Shown here piece by piece: positions 10,601 through 19,773 of a DNA stretch of 64,000 nucleotides (the stretch's first letter is position 1; every line of letters starts with the position of its first letter). A program made the translations under genes and the position numbers. Under the pieces are notes generated by a model that saw nothing but the letters and a program-made list of their open reading frames with translations, was not told the origin of the DNA and made no database searches. Origin of the DNA: an uncultured Clostridia bacterium (GTDB lineage Bacteria; Bacillota; Clostridia; Christensenellales; UBA1242); the NCBI GenBank assembly GCA_934747775.1, contig CAKVHA010000001.1:131673-195672 (forward strand), written 5' to 3'.

Positions 10601-13600
10601 AACACTATTAATGTGAATTATGGTATTAAAATGGGCAACGAACCAACCGACATCACAGCCTACATAAAAACCACATTTAAAGGTCTAGATGTTAATGTAT
10701 ACTATGTAAACAACTGCTTCTATTTAGATGTGATTGGCTTAAAACTAAAATTGCAGTTTAATAGCATTCCAGAACTTGTGGATTGGGTAAACAACAAATT
10801 TAACACAAATATTAATGTTGATAAATTATTTAAAGAGTTTAAATTAAGTGACCTTAGCCTAAACTTTATTACAAGTGCAGCCTTTACAAATGGCTGTGTA
10901 AATGCGGTGTTTAATGACACTATTTATATAGAAGCAGAATACACCGATGTGTTTAAGAGAATTACATTCACAAATGGCACAACAAAAGCGGTTATTAATT
11001 GCACATCGTTTGATAGCGTTGTTACAAACGAGATTAATGATGCCGATTACTTGGATTACACTGCCATTACAAACATTGTTGATAGCGTGGCAAACACTAT
11101 TAATACACGCAAGTTTAATTTATCTGCCGCAACAAATGTGTATCGTGACGGCAAGCTATATTACAATGTTGATATTAGTTTGATTTTAAACATTATTGAA
11201 CAACTAAATGGCGAAAACAAAACCATAACACTTCAAGCAGCTGGTGTGGCAAATGTTAGCGGCGAAAAGAATGTAAAACTAAATGTAAACTACCTAGATA
11301 AAATGCTTTACTTAGATTATAGAGGGCTAAAAATAAAACTTAGCAAAGATAGTATAAAAGAAATTTTGGGCATTGTGCTAAGTGTTGCGGGTGTTGATGT
11401 TTCTAATATTCCTGCTCTAGACAAAATTAAACAAGAGCTAGACCTAAACTTTGATGCCGACAACTTACAACAAGTTTTGCCTAGTATGGATAATATTAAT
11501 CCACTAAACTACTTGGGTTACATTAAGAGCGCAAGTGTTAAAGATGATTATATTAGCATTGTTTTAAATGGCGAAAAACTTAATGGAAATGGCAGCTTTA
11601 ATCCAGTTGTTAGTATAAACACAGCTGGCGGCTCAATTTCAAAAATTTCGCTAGAAAAATTGTATACTGGCGTAACCGAAACTGAAAATATTAGCGTAGA
11701 AATAAACCTTAATAATTACGCATCTATGCCAGTAATTGCAAATAAGGATAAGTATATAGATATTTCTAATAGTGCCGACCTTATTAAGGCATTTGTAAAC
11801 ACATCTAGCCTAAATGATTATCACGTTAAGGGTGGCGTGATTATGAGCCTAAAACTTGGCAGTTTAAAAATAGATGCAGCCGAACTTGGTGTTGATGTTA
11901 ATGTTAAATTGGACGCAAATAAAAAGCCTATTATTTCTATTGAAATAGAAAAATATCCGCTAATTGGTGGAATAAATAGTAAAAATACGAATGGTGTTGG
12001 TTCTACGGGTAAACTTATTAAGCAACGTCATCGTAAAATTTCTATTTACTATCGCGATGGCGAAATACTACTAAAAACTTGCGACGAAAAATGGGGCGTA
12101 TACAAAGAGTTAAGCCGCGTAACGCGCGTTACTCCAAATTATTTGTTTAGCAATATTGGCACATATATGCAATGGTTGTTGGGCTTTACAGACACTATTC
12201 AAGACAAAATTAACGACGCCATTACAACCAGCCAAAACAACAAAAAAGAAGCCGACAAAGCTGGCACACTAGATTATTCGGATGTTATTTTAAATTATGC
12301 TAAAAATGGCAGCGTTCATTCGTTTGATGTAAATATTGGCAAACTTGCTTACAACGACCAAATTGGTTCGCTTCACATAGACCTAGGCATTGTAAACAAC
12401 TCTAGCACGGGTGGAAAAGATTACTTAGGCACACTTAACTTTAATATGGATTTATTGGATAGTCTAATTATACTTTCCACCAATGGCTCCAACAAACTAG
12501 AACTTGTAGATATTGGCGGTTCGGCTGATGTTAGAAACGCGGTTGTTAACCTTAATAACTCGCTATTCCAACTAGACGGTGAATACGAAAAAACAGGCGA
12601 TGGAGCTTGGAAAATGGCTAATCAAGGCGACCGCACGGTGGAATTTTACGACGGCGATAGACCAGTAAAATCTACAACGGGCGCAATTGGCACAGCGCTA
12701 TCGTTTCCAACAATGGAAACAAAAATTGTGGACGACGGCGTGACCGAAAAGATTTACAACTTTGGTGGTTGGTTTGACGCAAATGATACAAAATATTTGT
12801 CTACTGCTTATCCGCGCTACGACACCGTGTTGTATGCAAAATGGGAACTTGTGAGCGACAGAAAATACGCCACAATCACTTTTGAAACAAACGAAAATAT
12901 TAGCGAAGAAAGCATTACACGATTAGAGGGCGAACTAATTAGCTTACCAGTGTTAAGCAATATCGAAACACAATTAGACGAATTTACCAGCCGATTAAAA
13001 GTATTTAAAGGTTGGTATGTAGATAAGGATTTCACAACCGAATTCACTTCCACCGAAATGCCAAGCGAAAGCCTAACACTTTACGCAAAGTGGGAAGAAA
13101 TTGTTACAAAAACATATTCGCTTACAATTTACAGTGCAGGCAAAGTAGTATACAGCGGCAAAGTTCAAGCGGGCGAAGTGTTTACATTCCCTAGCAACAT
13201 CTACTTTAGCGAAACCACATTGTATTACACCGCTAGCGACTTTAACGAGCAATCTAAGGTGTGCGATTTCACAATTAATGCAAACACCGTTTGGTATGCT
13301 AAAAACAAATACAGCGTGACCTTGTATTCTGAGTTTACAACTCTTAATGGTGGCGAGTATAACGCTAGTTATGAACTTTACGAAAACAGCACAGTTTCAC
13401 TTCCTACATATGCAGGATATTCAATAGACAATGTTTCGTATACTACAAAATATCGTTTTGTAGGTTGGAAATTAGAAGGCAGCGAAAATGTTGTAAATGG
13501 CTCGGCTGTTATGCCAGCAGCAGATGCAAAATATGTTGCTGTTTGGGAAGTTAAAGATTACTGTGTAGTAAGCTTTAATGTTAGTTGGTCAAAACCAGAA

Positions 13601-13912
13601 AACTGGAAAGATAAAAACAATAAGTATCTAGGAAAAGTAGAAAGAATAGGTAACGCCCCAGCAGCAATTGCAAGCATAGAAGTAGAAAAAGGTACCGAAA
13701 TAGATATTTCCAAATATAATACATCAGTTACTTACAAATATACTTGTTTAGGAATTTCAGATATTTATAATTTCTATGTTGGCACTTGGAACACCACTGG
13801 TGCAACCTGTGCGTTCAAAATCACAACGAAAGATGTTTATTCATATAAAAAACTTACGACTGTTAAAATAGAATCTAACATTACATATTATCCTACTTGG
13901 GACGCTAAATAG
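7661..13912 (+). CDS. Giant membrane-anchored surface protein (2083 aa) with a novel repeated module and C-terminal Listeria-Bacteroides-type repeats
   Basis: Uninterrupted 6252-nt ORF with a GAGGA RBS. A basic N-terminus precedes the TM helix LLTYVATYLVVTFSVAFVVVSF. The last ~430 aa carry FGGWFD...LYAKWE, FKGWYVD...LYAKWEE and FVGWKLEG...YVAVWE motifs. Confidence 0.9.
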   Translation: MKEKKPKIKKKGRWKRLLTYVATYLVVTFSVAFVVVSFSNKTYSSNIGTIEPKDPSALGMVVTKLMEMEDASVSLNASAENETTKLNVDANVKLKLYEGFTGAEVDVAATLTLNEMPINLQLVYDGKTAYASINEKNYSMKSNCLMAAVASVLNLCGVDIDLSANIMDSFDMSAMDSMADKLSEEKREDGTYLLTFAPNDNIALNIDVDKDYNITNVTLQKTTLAGFDMNALIKFNSVNSGLNIAAPNKEFVDVSEIIEIAKVVYNTVINKKFDIALNVEDTLINIKLDRTANLNASVSVNALDNDFSLTYLNNVVYLDTNILKIKSEVPKFDLNLVKSLVPFAGVNSSDSNVGEIVNTVLNVLNKIDLTKMAKTELGYTINVNDVVVDLIVTDNKISQIDLTINGKTYGVILGYDADIKVAEDEFTYVNNFEFLIEPLKRIVNEKHFSTTVEFSVNDVNISGTLNVDFENALLVEFKTSLYGVDVVLTITENGVYAKLDDVKIKLSYDNLKDIYNALNENTNSDLTETIKTILKNTIKFYKPNDSEINATYDEFNLDVKVNDGQFENLTIKNNKFTAALKFSTQAVSINTNFNDYEELNINGNTVKEIINFVEAKKFAVAGEIKLNDNIINYDINADLNGGIENAVVNASATVFNKSILVNVQNAKLYVSVDDIKVVAALNNLDEIKNLLSSVVGLSSFEKIPTISDINIYKVDNSLNIGAVVNGTSVMAKVDFADKSLSVNYGETNFNLNLVKSYKTNKLSSEQVGEYKATANDLAQVVSAAINTAKQNAINADVAIDINGKTYNVNVLYVKGEGVKFSTTYSDVDIWGYVANNTLYINAFDICFSIDLSDVNGYIDEIQKLFNLTLPSVDATNIAEIIQSLNLGEIKTEENLLKLIGTDYNGEISIISNKIGKIRANYKNYGINATLSYPNTHLEITNNRVIKLENLVEVGNALYNTFKNKTISGNINLTFDLFNETNTINVNYGIKMGNEPTDITAYIKTTFKGLDVNVYYVNNCFYLDVIGLKLKLQFNSIPELVDWVNNKFNTNINVDKLFKEFKLSDLSLNFITSAAFTNGCVNAVFNDTIYIEAEYTDVFKRITFTNGTTKAVINCTSFDSVVTNEINDADYLDYTAITNIVDSVANTINTRKFNLSAATNVYRDGKLYYNVDISLILNIIEQLNGENKTITLQAAGVANVSGEKNVKLNVNYLDKMLYLDYRGLKIKLSKDSIKEILGIVLSVAGVDVSNIPALDKIKQELDLNFDADNLQQVLPSMDNINPLNYLGYIKSASVKDDYISIVLNGEKLNGNGSFNPVVSINTAGGSISKISLEKLYTGVTETENISVEINLNNYASMPVIANKDKYIDISNSADLIKAFVNTSSLNDYHVKGGVIMSLKLGSLKIDAAELGVDVNVKLDANKKPIISIEIEKYPLIGGINSKNTNGVGSTGKLIKQRHRKISIYYRDGEILLKTCDEKWGVYKELSRVTRVTPNYLFSNIGTYMQWLLGFTDTIQDKINDAITTSQNNKKEADKAGTLDYSDVILNYAKNGSVHSFDVNIGKLAYNDQIGSLHIDLGIVNNSSTGGKDYLGTLNFNMDLLDSLIILSTNGSNKLELVDIGGSADVRNAVVNLNNSLFQLDGEYEKTGDGAWKMANQGDRTVEFYDGDRPVKSTTGAIGTALSFPTMETKIVDDGVTEKIYNFGGWFDANDTKYLSTAYPRYDTVLYAKWELVSDRKYATITFETNENISEESITRLEGELISLPVLSNIETQLDEFTSRLKVFKGWYVDKDFTTEFTSTEMPSESLTLYAKWEEIVTKTYSLTIYSAGKVVYSGKVQAGEVFTFPSNIYFSETTLYYTASDFNEQSKVCDFTINANTVWYAKNKYSVTLYSEFTTLNGGEYNASYELYENSTVSLPTYAGYSIDNVSYTTKYRFVGWKLEGSENVVNGSAVMPAADAKYVAVWEVKDYCVVSFNVSWSKPENWKDKNNKYLGKVERIGNAPAAIASIEVEKGTEIDISKYNTSVTYKYTCLGISDIYNFYVGTWNTTGATCAFKITTKDVYSYKKLTTVKIESNITYYPTWDAK
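8040..11380 (+). repeat. In-frame degenerate tandem modules (~510-590 nt period, 6-7 copies) inside the 2083-aa gene
   Basis: A recurring anchor motif occurs at nt ~8045, 8605, 9141, 9655, 10165, 10711 and 11301. The copies read (TAYASINEKNYSMKS), VVYLDTNILKIKSE, GVYAKLDDVKIKLSYDNLKDI, KLYVSVDDIKVVAALNNLDEI, TLYINAFDICFSIDLSDVNGYIDEI, CFYLDVIGLKLKLQFNSIPEL and MLYLDYRGLKIKLSKDSIKEI. Confidence 0.6.
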
Positions 13913-13983
13913 GGGTTTATTAAAAATTATTTGTAAAAAAAATTAAATGCAAATAATATGTAATGAAAATATGTAACAAAAAA

Positions 13984-14013
13984 AACTTGAACAACTCCGT
14001 TCAAGTTTTTTTG
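13984..14013. terminator. Intrinsic terminator after the 2083-aa gene
   Basis: aaaaa-cttgaac-aactcc-gttcaag-ttttttt. Confidence 0.75.
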
Positions 14014-14139
14014 TTTTTAATATAATAAGAATATAATACAAATTTTCTTTTTTATTCAACTCTGCCGTATTTTAATTACATATATTTACAATATTACTAT
14101 ATTTATTTTTAATTCATCCATATATTAATTAAATCAATA

Positions 14140-14712
14140 TTAATTTTTGCAGTATTCGTTAATGATGTTGTTTAGTGCTGCGGTGTAAATTTTTGTAAAT
14201 TCTGGGTCGGTTTTAAAACGAGCTTTAACAATGCTGCCGTACAGGTCTTGCTCGGCGCCAGTTATGTTTGCAATGTTTAAAAATTCGCTAAGTTCTTGCT
14301 TTGCGTCAAGCGAGTCTTGATATTCTATTTCTACATAGTCGCCAAGTATTTCCATTTCGTCTATAAATATTTTTAATCCTTTAAATAGCCTTATTTCTCT
14401 AAAACGTTTGAAAAACATATTTGGCTTCATTCCTATAAGTTGCAAGTAGTTTATGCCGTCGCCTAGGTCGTTTAGTGCAATCTCTTGTTCTAGCCAACCA
14501 TCGGAAGTTTGTTTTTTAACTTCCATAGTCTTTTTGTCTGCCTTTTGTCTAATGCGGCATATGTATCCTTGCTTTTGTAAAGACTCTTGCCCGTAATATC
14601 CAAAAACAATGTCTAGCATACTTGTGCGTGGTTTGTATGGTTTTGTAAGTTCAATTATTCGGCTAATAGTTTGTTTGCTAATTTCATAGCGTACTTCTTT
14701 TTCTATATTCAT
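14140..14712 (-). CDS. CYTH-domain protein (class IV adenylate cyclase / triphosphatase-like)
   Basis: N-terminal EKEVRYEI resembles the ExExK-type start of CYTH. The central ...CRIRQK... and C-terminal LGDYVEIEY strands are typical of CyaB/CYTH. AAGGATGGG RBS. Confidence 0.55.
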   Translation of the reverse strand: MNIEKEVRYEISKQTISRIIELTKPYKPRTSMLDIVFGYYGQESLQKQGYICRIRQKADKKTMEVKKQTSDGWLEQEIALNDLGDGINYLQLIGMKPNMFFKRFREIRLFKGLKIFIDEMEILGDYVEIEYQDSLDAKQELSEFLNIANITGAEQDLYGSIVKARFKTDPEFTKIYTAALNNIINEYCKN

Positions 14713-14926
14713 ATTTTCCCATCCTTTTAATAGAGTATATCATATAAAAAATTTTTCTAAAATAAAATTAGTAATAATACACATTAAACAATAAAAGTGT
14801 ACAAATTAACTAAGGTACGCCCAAATTTGTTTGACTTAAAAAGTAAATAAAAGATATAATAAAACCATATTAAAATAGGCTAAGTGCCATTTTGATTGGA
14901 AATAATATTATTAAAGAGAATTTTAA

Positions 14927-16198
14927 ATGAAAAGAAAAAATTGGTATCCGCTAGATAACGCGGCAAAAATATATCCACCTGTTAGCAATCCGCGTAGAGC
15001 TAGCACGTTTTCACTTACAGCGGTTATGAACGAAAAAGTGGACGAAAAAGTTTTGTCTAAGGCTGTGGACGAAATTCTAAATAGGTTTGTAAGTTTTAAT
15101 GTAAAACTAAAACGAGGTATTTTTTGGTATTATTTGGAAGAAAACAACCGCCCATTTACTGTGGAAGAAGAACCACCATATTTTTTAAAATATATAGACC
15201 AAGTAGAAAATAATGGCTATTTGTTTAGGGTGTATTACAAAGAAAACCGCATAACCCTAGTTGTTTTTCACGTACTTGCCGATGGAACAGGTGCTTTGGA
15301 AGTGTTTAAGAGTTTGCTTTTTGAATACTTGTTATTACTAGGCAAAAAAGTGGAAAGTGAAGATAAAATTCTTACTTGCTTTACACCTTACACATCACAA
15401 GAATCAAATGATGAGTTTAATGAGCTTTGTGACAAAACAAAACTAAAGCCAGAAAAAGAGAAAAATGCTTTTAAAACCGACGGCACGCCTTTTGCTTACG
15501 ACGGCTGTGGAATAATTACTGGCAAAATAAATTTGGAACAGCTAAAAGCCGAATGTAAAAAATATGATGCAACAGTAACTGCATATTTAAGTGGACTTTA
15601 TTTGCATTGCATTTATGAAAACTTTATTAAAGGCAAACGTGTTAAAAACAAGCTTGTAAAGTTGTTGGTTCCTATTAATATGCGTAAAATTTACAAAACC
15701 AACACGCTTAAAAACTTTGCTATGTTTTGTAGATTGGGACACAACTTTGAAGAAGAAATTAGTTTAGACGAATGCATAGAAATTTGCAAAAACCAACTTA
15801 AAGACGGCTTAAACAAAGAAAAACTAGATGCTACTGCAAATAGCAATGTTAAGTCCGAAAAAAATTGGCTATTAAAAATTGTGCCGCTATTTATTAAAGT
15901 GTGGGTGTTGCGATTTGCCTACAATTTGGTGGGCGATAATTTGCACACCGCCAATCTTAGCAATCTAGGTCTTGTGGACTTGCCAGAAAGTATGAAACCA
16001 TATATTTCCGATTTTGTGTTCACTCTTGGACCTAGTTATAGTTGTAAAACACATCTTGCACTTATTGGTTATGGCGACCATATTAGCGCTAGTTTTAGCC
16101 GTTTGTTTGTGGAAAACGGACTAGAAAAAATGTTTTTTTCTACGCTTGCTAAAAAGGGTATAAATGTGGAAATTAGCAGTAATTATTGGGAGAAATAA
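14927..16198 (+). CDS. Condensation-domain-like (HxxxDG) acyltransferase family protein
   Basis: The motif VVFHVLADGTGALEVF (HxxxDG) occurs at about aa 115 in a ~420-aa protein, as in free-standing NRPS-C / WS-DGAT / PapA-type acyltransferases. Confidence 0.6.
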   Translation: MKRKNWYPLDNAAKIYPPVSNPRRASTFSLTAVMNEKVDEKVLSKAVDEILNRFVSFNVKLKRGIFWYYLEENNRPFTVEEEPPYFLKYIDQVENNGYLFRVYYKENRITLVVFHVLADGTGALEVFKSLLFEYLLLLGKKVESEDKILTCFTPYTSQESNDEFNELCDKTKLKPEKEKNAFKTDGTPFAYDGCGIITGKINLEQLKAECKKYDATVTAYLSGLYLHCIYENFIKGKRVKNKLVKLLVPINMRKIYKTNTLKNFAMFCRLGHNFEEEISLDECIEICKNQLKDGLNKEKLDATANSNVKSEKNWLLKIVPLFIKVWVLRFAYNLVGDNLHTANLSNLGLVDLPESMKPYISDFVFTLGPSYSCKTHLALIGYGDHISASFSRLFVENGLEKMFFSTLAKKGINVEISSNYWEK

Positions 16199-16199
16199 A

Positions 16200-16874
16200 A
16201 TGAAACACTGTAATAATTGTAATGTTGATGTTAACACAACCAACACGTATTGTCCGCTATGCTACAATAGCTTGGAAACTATATCAGACAAAAAAGAGCC
16301 GGCACTTTATGATGTTTGCGATAAAAAACCAAAAGAGAATGTGAAAACACATTTTGTGACAAAGCTTTTTACATTAATTTCGCTTGCTGTTATTTTGGCA
16401 TGTGTATTTATAAATATTGTTACGCGTTCTAAGCCTTGGTCGCTTATTGTGGTTAGTTCTATATTGTATCTTTGGGTGTTAATTCGCCACACAATAATGT
16501 CGCTACGCAATGTGTTTGAAAAAACATTTCTGCAGGTGGCGTGTATTGCGTTAATATTAATAACAACCAGCTTTATGTCGGTGGATAAAGGATGGTTTTT
16601 AAACTACGTGTTGCCATCGCTACTTATCGCTGCAAGTCTAACAATGTTGATGATGTTGTTTGCTAGTTGCAAGCGTAAATCGTACGAGTTTAGTTTTTTT
16701 GTAATTTATCTTATATTTATTATTGTTGGCGTAATTTTTTGGTGTACAAACTTTGCTAAATTTAAACTGCTTTACTCTGTGTTGGTTATGCTAGACGCAC
16801 TAATTGTGGTGGGAATGCTTTTAATGGATTTTAAAACAATAAAGTCCGAATTTTTAAGAAAATTCCACTTGTAA
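16200..16874 (+). CDS. Zinc-ribbon plus multipass membrane protein
   Basis: ATG 16200 lies 1 nt after the upstream stop; the ORF-track start at 16164 overlaps the upstream CDS. The N-terminus has CNNCN..x..CPLC, followed by about 5 hydrophobic helices. Confidence 0.7.
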   Translation: MKHCNNCNVDVNTTNTYCPLCYNSLETISDKKEPALYDVCDKKPKENVKTHFVTKLFTLISLAVILACVFINIVTRSKPWSLIVVSSILYLWVLIRHTIMSLRNVFEKTFLQVACIALILITTSFMSVDKGWFLNYVLPSLLIAASLTMLMMLFASCKRKSYEFSFFVIYLIFIIVGVIFWCTNFAKFKLLYSVLVMLDALIVVGMLLMDFKTIKSEFLRKFHL

Positions 16875-16904
16875 AAAACTATATTGAAATAAAAAGGATT
16901 TAAT

Positions 16905-18680
16905 ATGAAAAAAAGAAATCAAATTGCAAATGAATGCAAATGGGACACAACACACATTTACGCCACTCGTGCAGATTTTGATAAAGACCTTAGCGTGGTG
17001 CAAAACGCCGTGGATAAAGTGGGGCAGTTTAAGGGCAAACTTGGAAACAAAACCGACTTACTGAGCTACTTTAAGTTTATGGAAGACATTTCAAAACTTA
17101 GCGAAAAACTTGGTGCATATGTGTATTTAAATCATTCTGCCGATATGGAAAATCAAGAGTATGTAAAACTTATGAACACCCTAAGCAGCGTTGGCACAAA
17201 ACTTAGTGTTGCCGATAGTTTTGCCGAAAGCGAACTTAATGCACTTGGTGACGAAAAACTAGATGTATTTATTGCCGACCCAGATTTTAGCGTGTACAAA
17301 TTAGACCTAATAGAGCTAAAACGTGGCAAAGACCATATTTTAAGCGAAGAGTTGGAACGTGTTGTTTCCAAAGTAGGCGATTTTTCGGGTGAGTTTAGTG
17401 ACGTGTTTGATAATATCGATGCAATTGATGTTAAGTTTAAATCTTTTGAAGTGGACGGCAAAAAGTACGAAGTAAATAATAGCAATTATTCGCTAATGCT
17501 AGAAAACAAAAATGCACTAGTTAGGCTTAATGCGTTTAAAAACCTTATGGGCGGGTATATGGCGCTTCAAAACACAATTGCCACCAACTATATTGCTAGC
17601 GTAAAAAAAGACAACTTTTACACAAATATTTATAAGTTCGATAGCGGATTAGCGCAAACACTATTTAGTGGAAATATGCCAAACAGCTTGTACGACGAAC
17701 TTGTAAAAGAAGTTAGAGGCAATGTAAAAAAACTGCAAGCATATTTACATTTAAGAAAATCCGCATTGGGTTTAAAACAACTTACTTATGCCGATTTGCG
17801 TGTGGCGTTTACAAAATCTAGTAGCAAGCCAAAATATCAAGAAATGTGTGACACAATTTTAAAAGCGCTTGCCGTTATGGGCGAAAAATATGTGGAAGTA
17901 GTAAATACCGCACTTAAAAACCGATGGATTGATGTGTATCCAACCATAAATAAAGACACCGGCGGATACTGCTTGGGTGTTTATGGTGTTCATCCATATA
18001 TTTTACTAAACACCGTAGATAATTTAGAGAGTATGTTTACCCTTGTTCACGAAATGGGTCACGCAATGCACTCATATTTTAGTGACACAACATTGGAATA
18101 CAATTTGTCGCAATATCCTATATTTTTAGCGGAAATTGCAAGCACTACAAACGAAGTTTTGTTATTAAAATATTTGTACAACAATTCTAAAAACAAACAA
18201 GAAAAAATGTATTTGCTAGATAAATACTTGCAAATGTTTCGCACTACAATTTTCAGACAAACAATGTTTAGTGAATTTGAAGATTATGCTCACAAACTTG
18301 TTGAAACTGGCGCTCCTATTAGCAAGGATGTGCTAACTAAAAAGTATGGCGAACTAAACAAGTTTTATCACGGCAGTGCGGTTAAACACTGTAAAGAAAT
18401 TGAGTGCGAGTGGATGCGCATTCCGCATTTCTATCGCAGCTATTATGTGTTTAAGTATTCCACAGGTTTAATTAGTGCTATTACAATTGCCAACCGCATT
18501 TTAAGCGAAAAGGGTTATGCGGAAAAATATTTAAAAGGATTTTTAAGTGCTGGTGGCAGCGATTATCCGCTAAATATCTTAAAAAGTGTGGGGGTTGACC
18601 TTACAACCGACACTCCATATAAAACAGCTTTTGGAGAAATGGATTGGGCAATAGCCGAACTTAAAAAACTTAATAAATAA
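16905..18680 (+). CDS. pepF: Oligoendopeptidase F (M3B family)
   Basis: 591 aa with the HEMGHAMH zinc site. The length and flanking motifs (WMRIPHFY, FKYSTG) are typical of PepF. Confidence 0.85.
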   Translation: MKKRNQIANECKWDTTHIYATRADFDKDLSVVQNAVDKVGQFKGKLGNKTDLLSYFKFMEDISKLSEKLGAYVYLNHSADMENQEYVKLMNTLSSVGTKLSVADSFAESELNALGDEKLDVFIADPDFSVYKLDLIELKRGKDHILSEELERVVSKVGDFSGEFSDVFDNIDAIDVKFKSFEVDGKKYEVNNSNYSLMLENKNALVRLNAFKNLMGGYMALQNTIATNYIASVKKDNFYTNIYKFDSGLAQTLFSGNMPNSLYDELVKEVRGNVKKLQAYLHLRKSALGLKQLTYADLRVAFTKSSSKPKYQEMCDTILKALAVMGEKYVEVVNTALKNRWIDVYPTINKDTGGYCLGVYGVHPYILLNTVDNLESMFTLVHEMGHAMHSYFSDTTLEYNLSQYPIFLAEIASTTNEVLLLKYLYNNSKNKQEKMYLLDKYLQMFRTTIFRQTMFSEFEDYAHKLVETGAPISKDVLTKKYGELNKFYHGSAVKHCKEIECEWMRIPHFYRSYYVFKYSTGLISAITIANRILSEKGYAEKYLKGFLSAGGSDYPLNILKSVGVDLTTDTPYKTAFGEMDWAIAELKKLNK

Positions 18681-18742
18681 AATATTTGACAAAATTTTAC
18701 AAAAAATTTATTATATTATAACAACAAATATTAGGAGATTTT

Positions 18743-19771
18743 ATGGCAGAAGGGCTAAAAATAGGAATAGTTGGTATTGGTTCTATTGGTACAGTGTTTT
18801 CGCTGCTATTAGAAGCTAAGGGCTACGATGTGGAGATTACAAAAAAATCCGCACTTGGTCTTACAATAGACAATAGGGTTAATCTAGAAATTAACGGCGT
18901 GTTTGGTGATCGCAGTTGTTTGATTCCATATATGGAAAACAACCAGTTTAGTAGCGAAAAGGATATTATTTTTATATTTACTCAGTCGTGGGCTGTTCAA
19001 AGCGCCTATCAAGATGTTAGCAAATATCTTAGCCCAAATGGAGTGGTGGTTGTGGTTCAAAATGTTTTAAATTACAAAGAACTAGAACACATTTTGCCGC
19101 AAAACCGTTTTGTTCCAATTGTTATTGATTTTAATGCGTTAAGATTAGATGAAAATCACGTTGAGGTTATAAAATCGGGGGCTATTCACGTTGGCGCAAT
19201 AACCGAAAAATCCAATGTCTATGTGCCGCTATTAAAAACCGTTTTGGCAAGCGTTAGCGAAACTGTTATTGAAGATGATATGTTAGGTTTTATGATAAGC
19301 AGATTTATTTTAAGCAACACAATATCGTCACTTTGTGCGCTTACTGGATACAATTTAGGAACAACGCTAAAAAACAAACAAGCTAAAAAGCTGTTTACTG
19401 GCTTAATTTGCGAACAAACCGAAGTTTTTACCGCTATGGGAATAGATGTAAAACCTTACAATGATATTTTTGATTACAAGCTGTTTAGCGAAAAGTCGGG
19501 TGCTGCTTCTAAGTTTAGAAACACAATGATAAATAGGCTTATAAAACAAAATGGCGAAATGATTAGTAGTACGCTTAGAGCGCTAGAAAACAACAAACGC
19601 ACTGAGCTAGATAGTATGTGTGCGCGTGTTGTGGAATTTGCAAAAGATGTAAATGTTTCCGTTCCATTTTGCACAGCAGTTGCCGAATTCTTGCAAGATG
19701 TTGAGGATGGAAAGCACAGTATAATAATAGACAACTTGAATAACGAAGTATTTAAAAAATTGGAGATATAA
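18743..19771 (+). CDS. Ketopantoate reductase (ApbA/PanE)-like NAD(P)-binding oxidoreductase
   Basis: N-terminal Rossmann motif KIGIVGIGSIGTVFS. The ~340-aa size and two-domain layout fit. AGGAG RBS. Confidence 0.5.
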   Translation: MAEGLKIGIVGIGSIGTVFSLLLEAKGYDVEITKKSALGLTIDNRVNLEINGVFGDRSCLIPYMENNQFSSEKDIIFIFTQSWAVQSAYQDVSKYLSPNGVVVVVQNVLNYKELEHILPQNRFVPIVIDFNALRLDENHVEVIKSGAIHVGAITEKSNVYVPLLKTVLASVSETVIEDDMLGFMISRFILSNTISSLCALTGYNLGTTLKNKQAKKLFTGLICEQTEVFTAMGIDVKPYNDIFDYKLFSEKSGAASKFRNTMINRLIKQNGEMISSTLRALENNKRTELDSMCARVVEFAKDVNVSVPFCTAVAEFLQDVEDGKHSIIIDNLNNEVFKKLEI

Positions 19772-19773
19772 TT

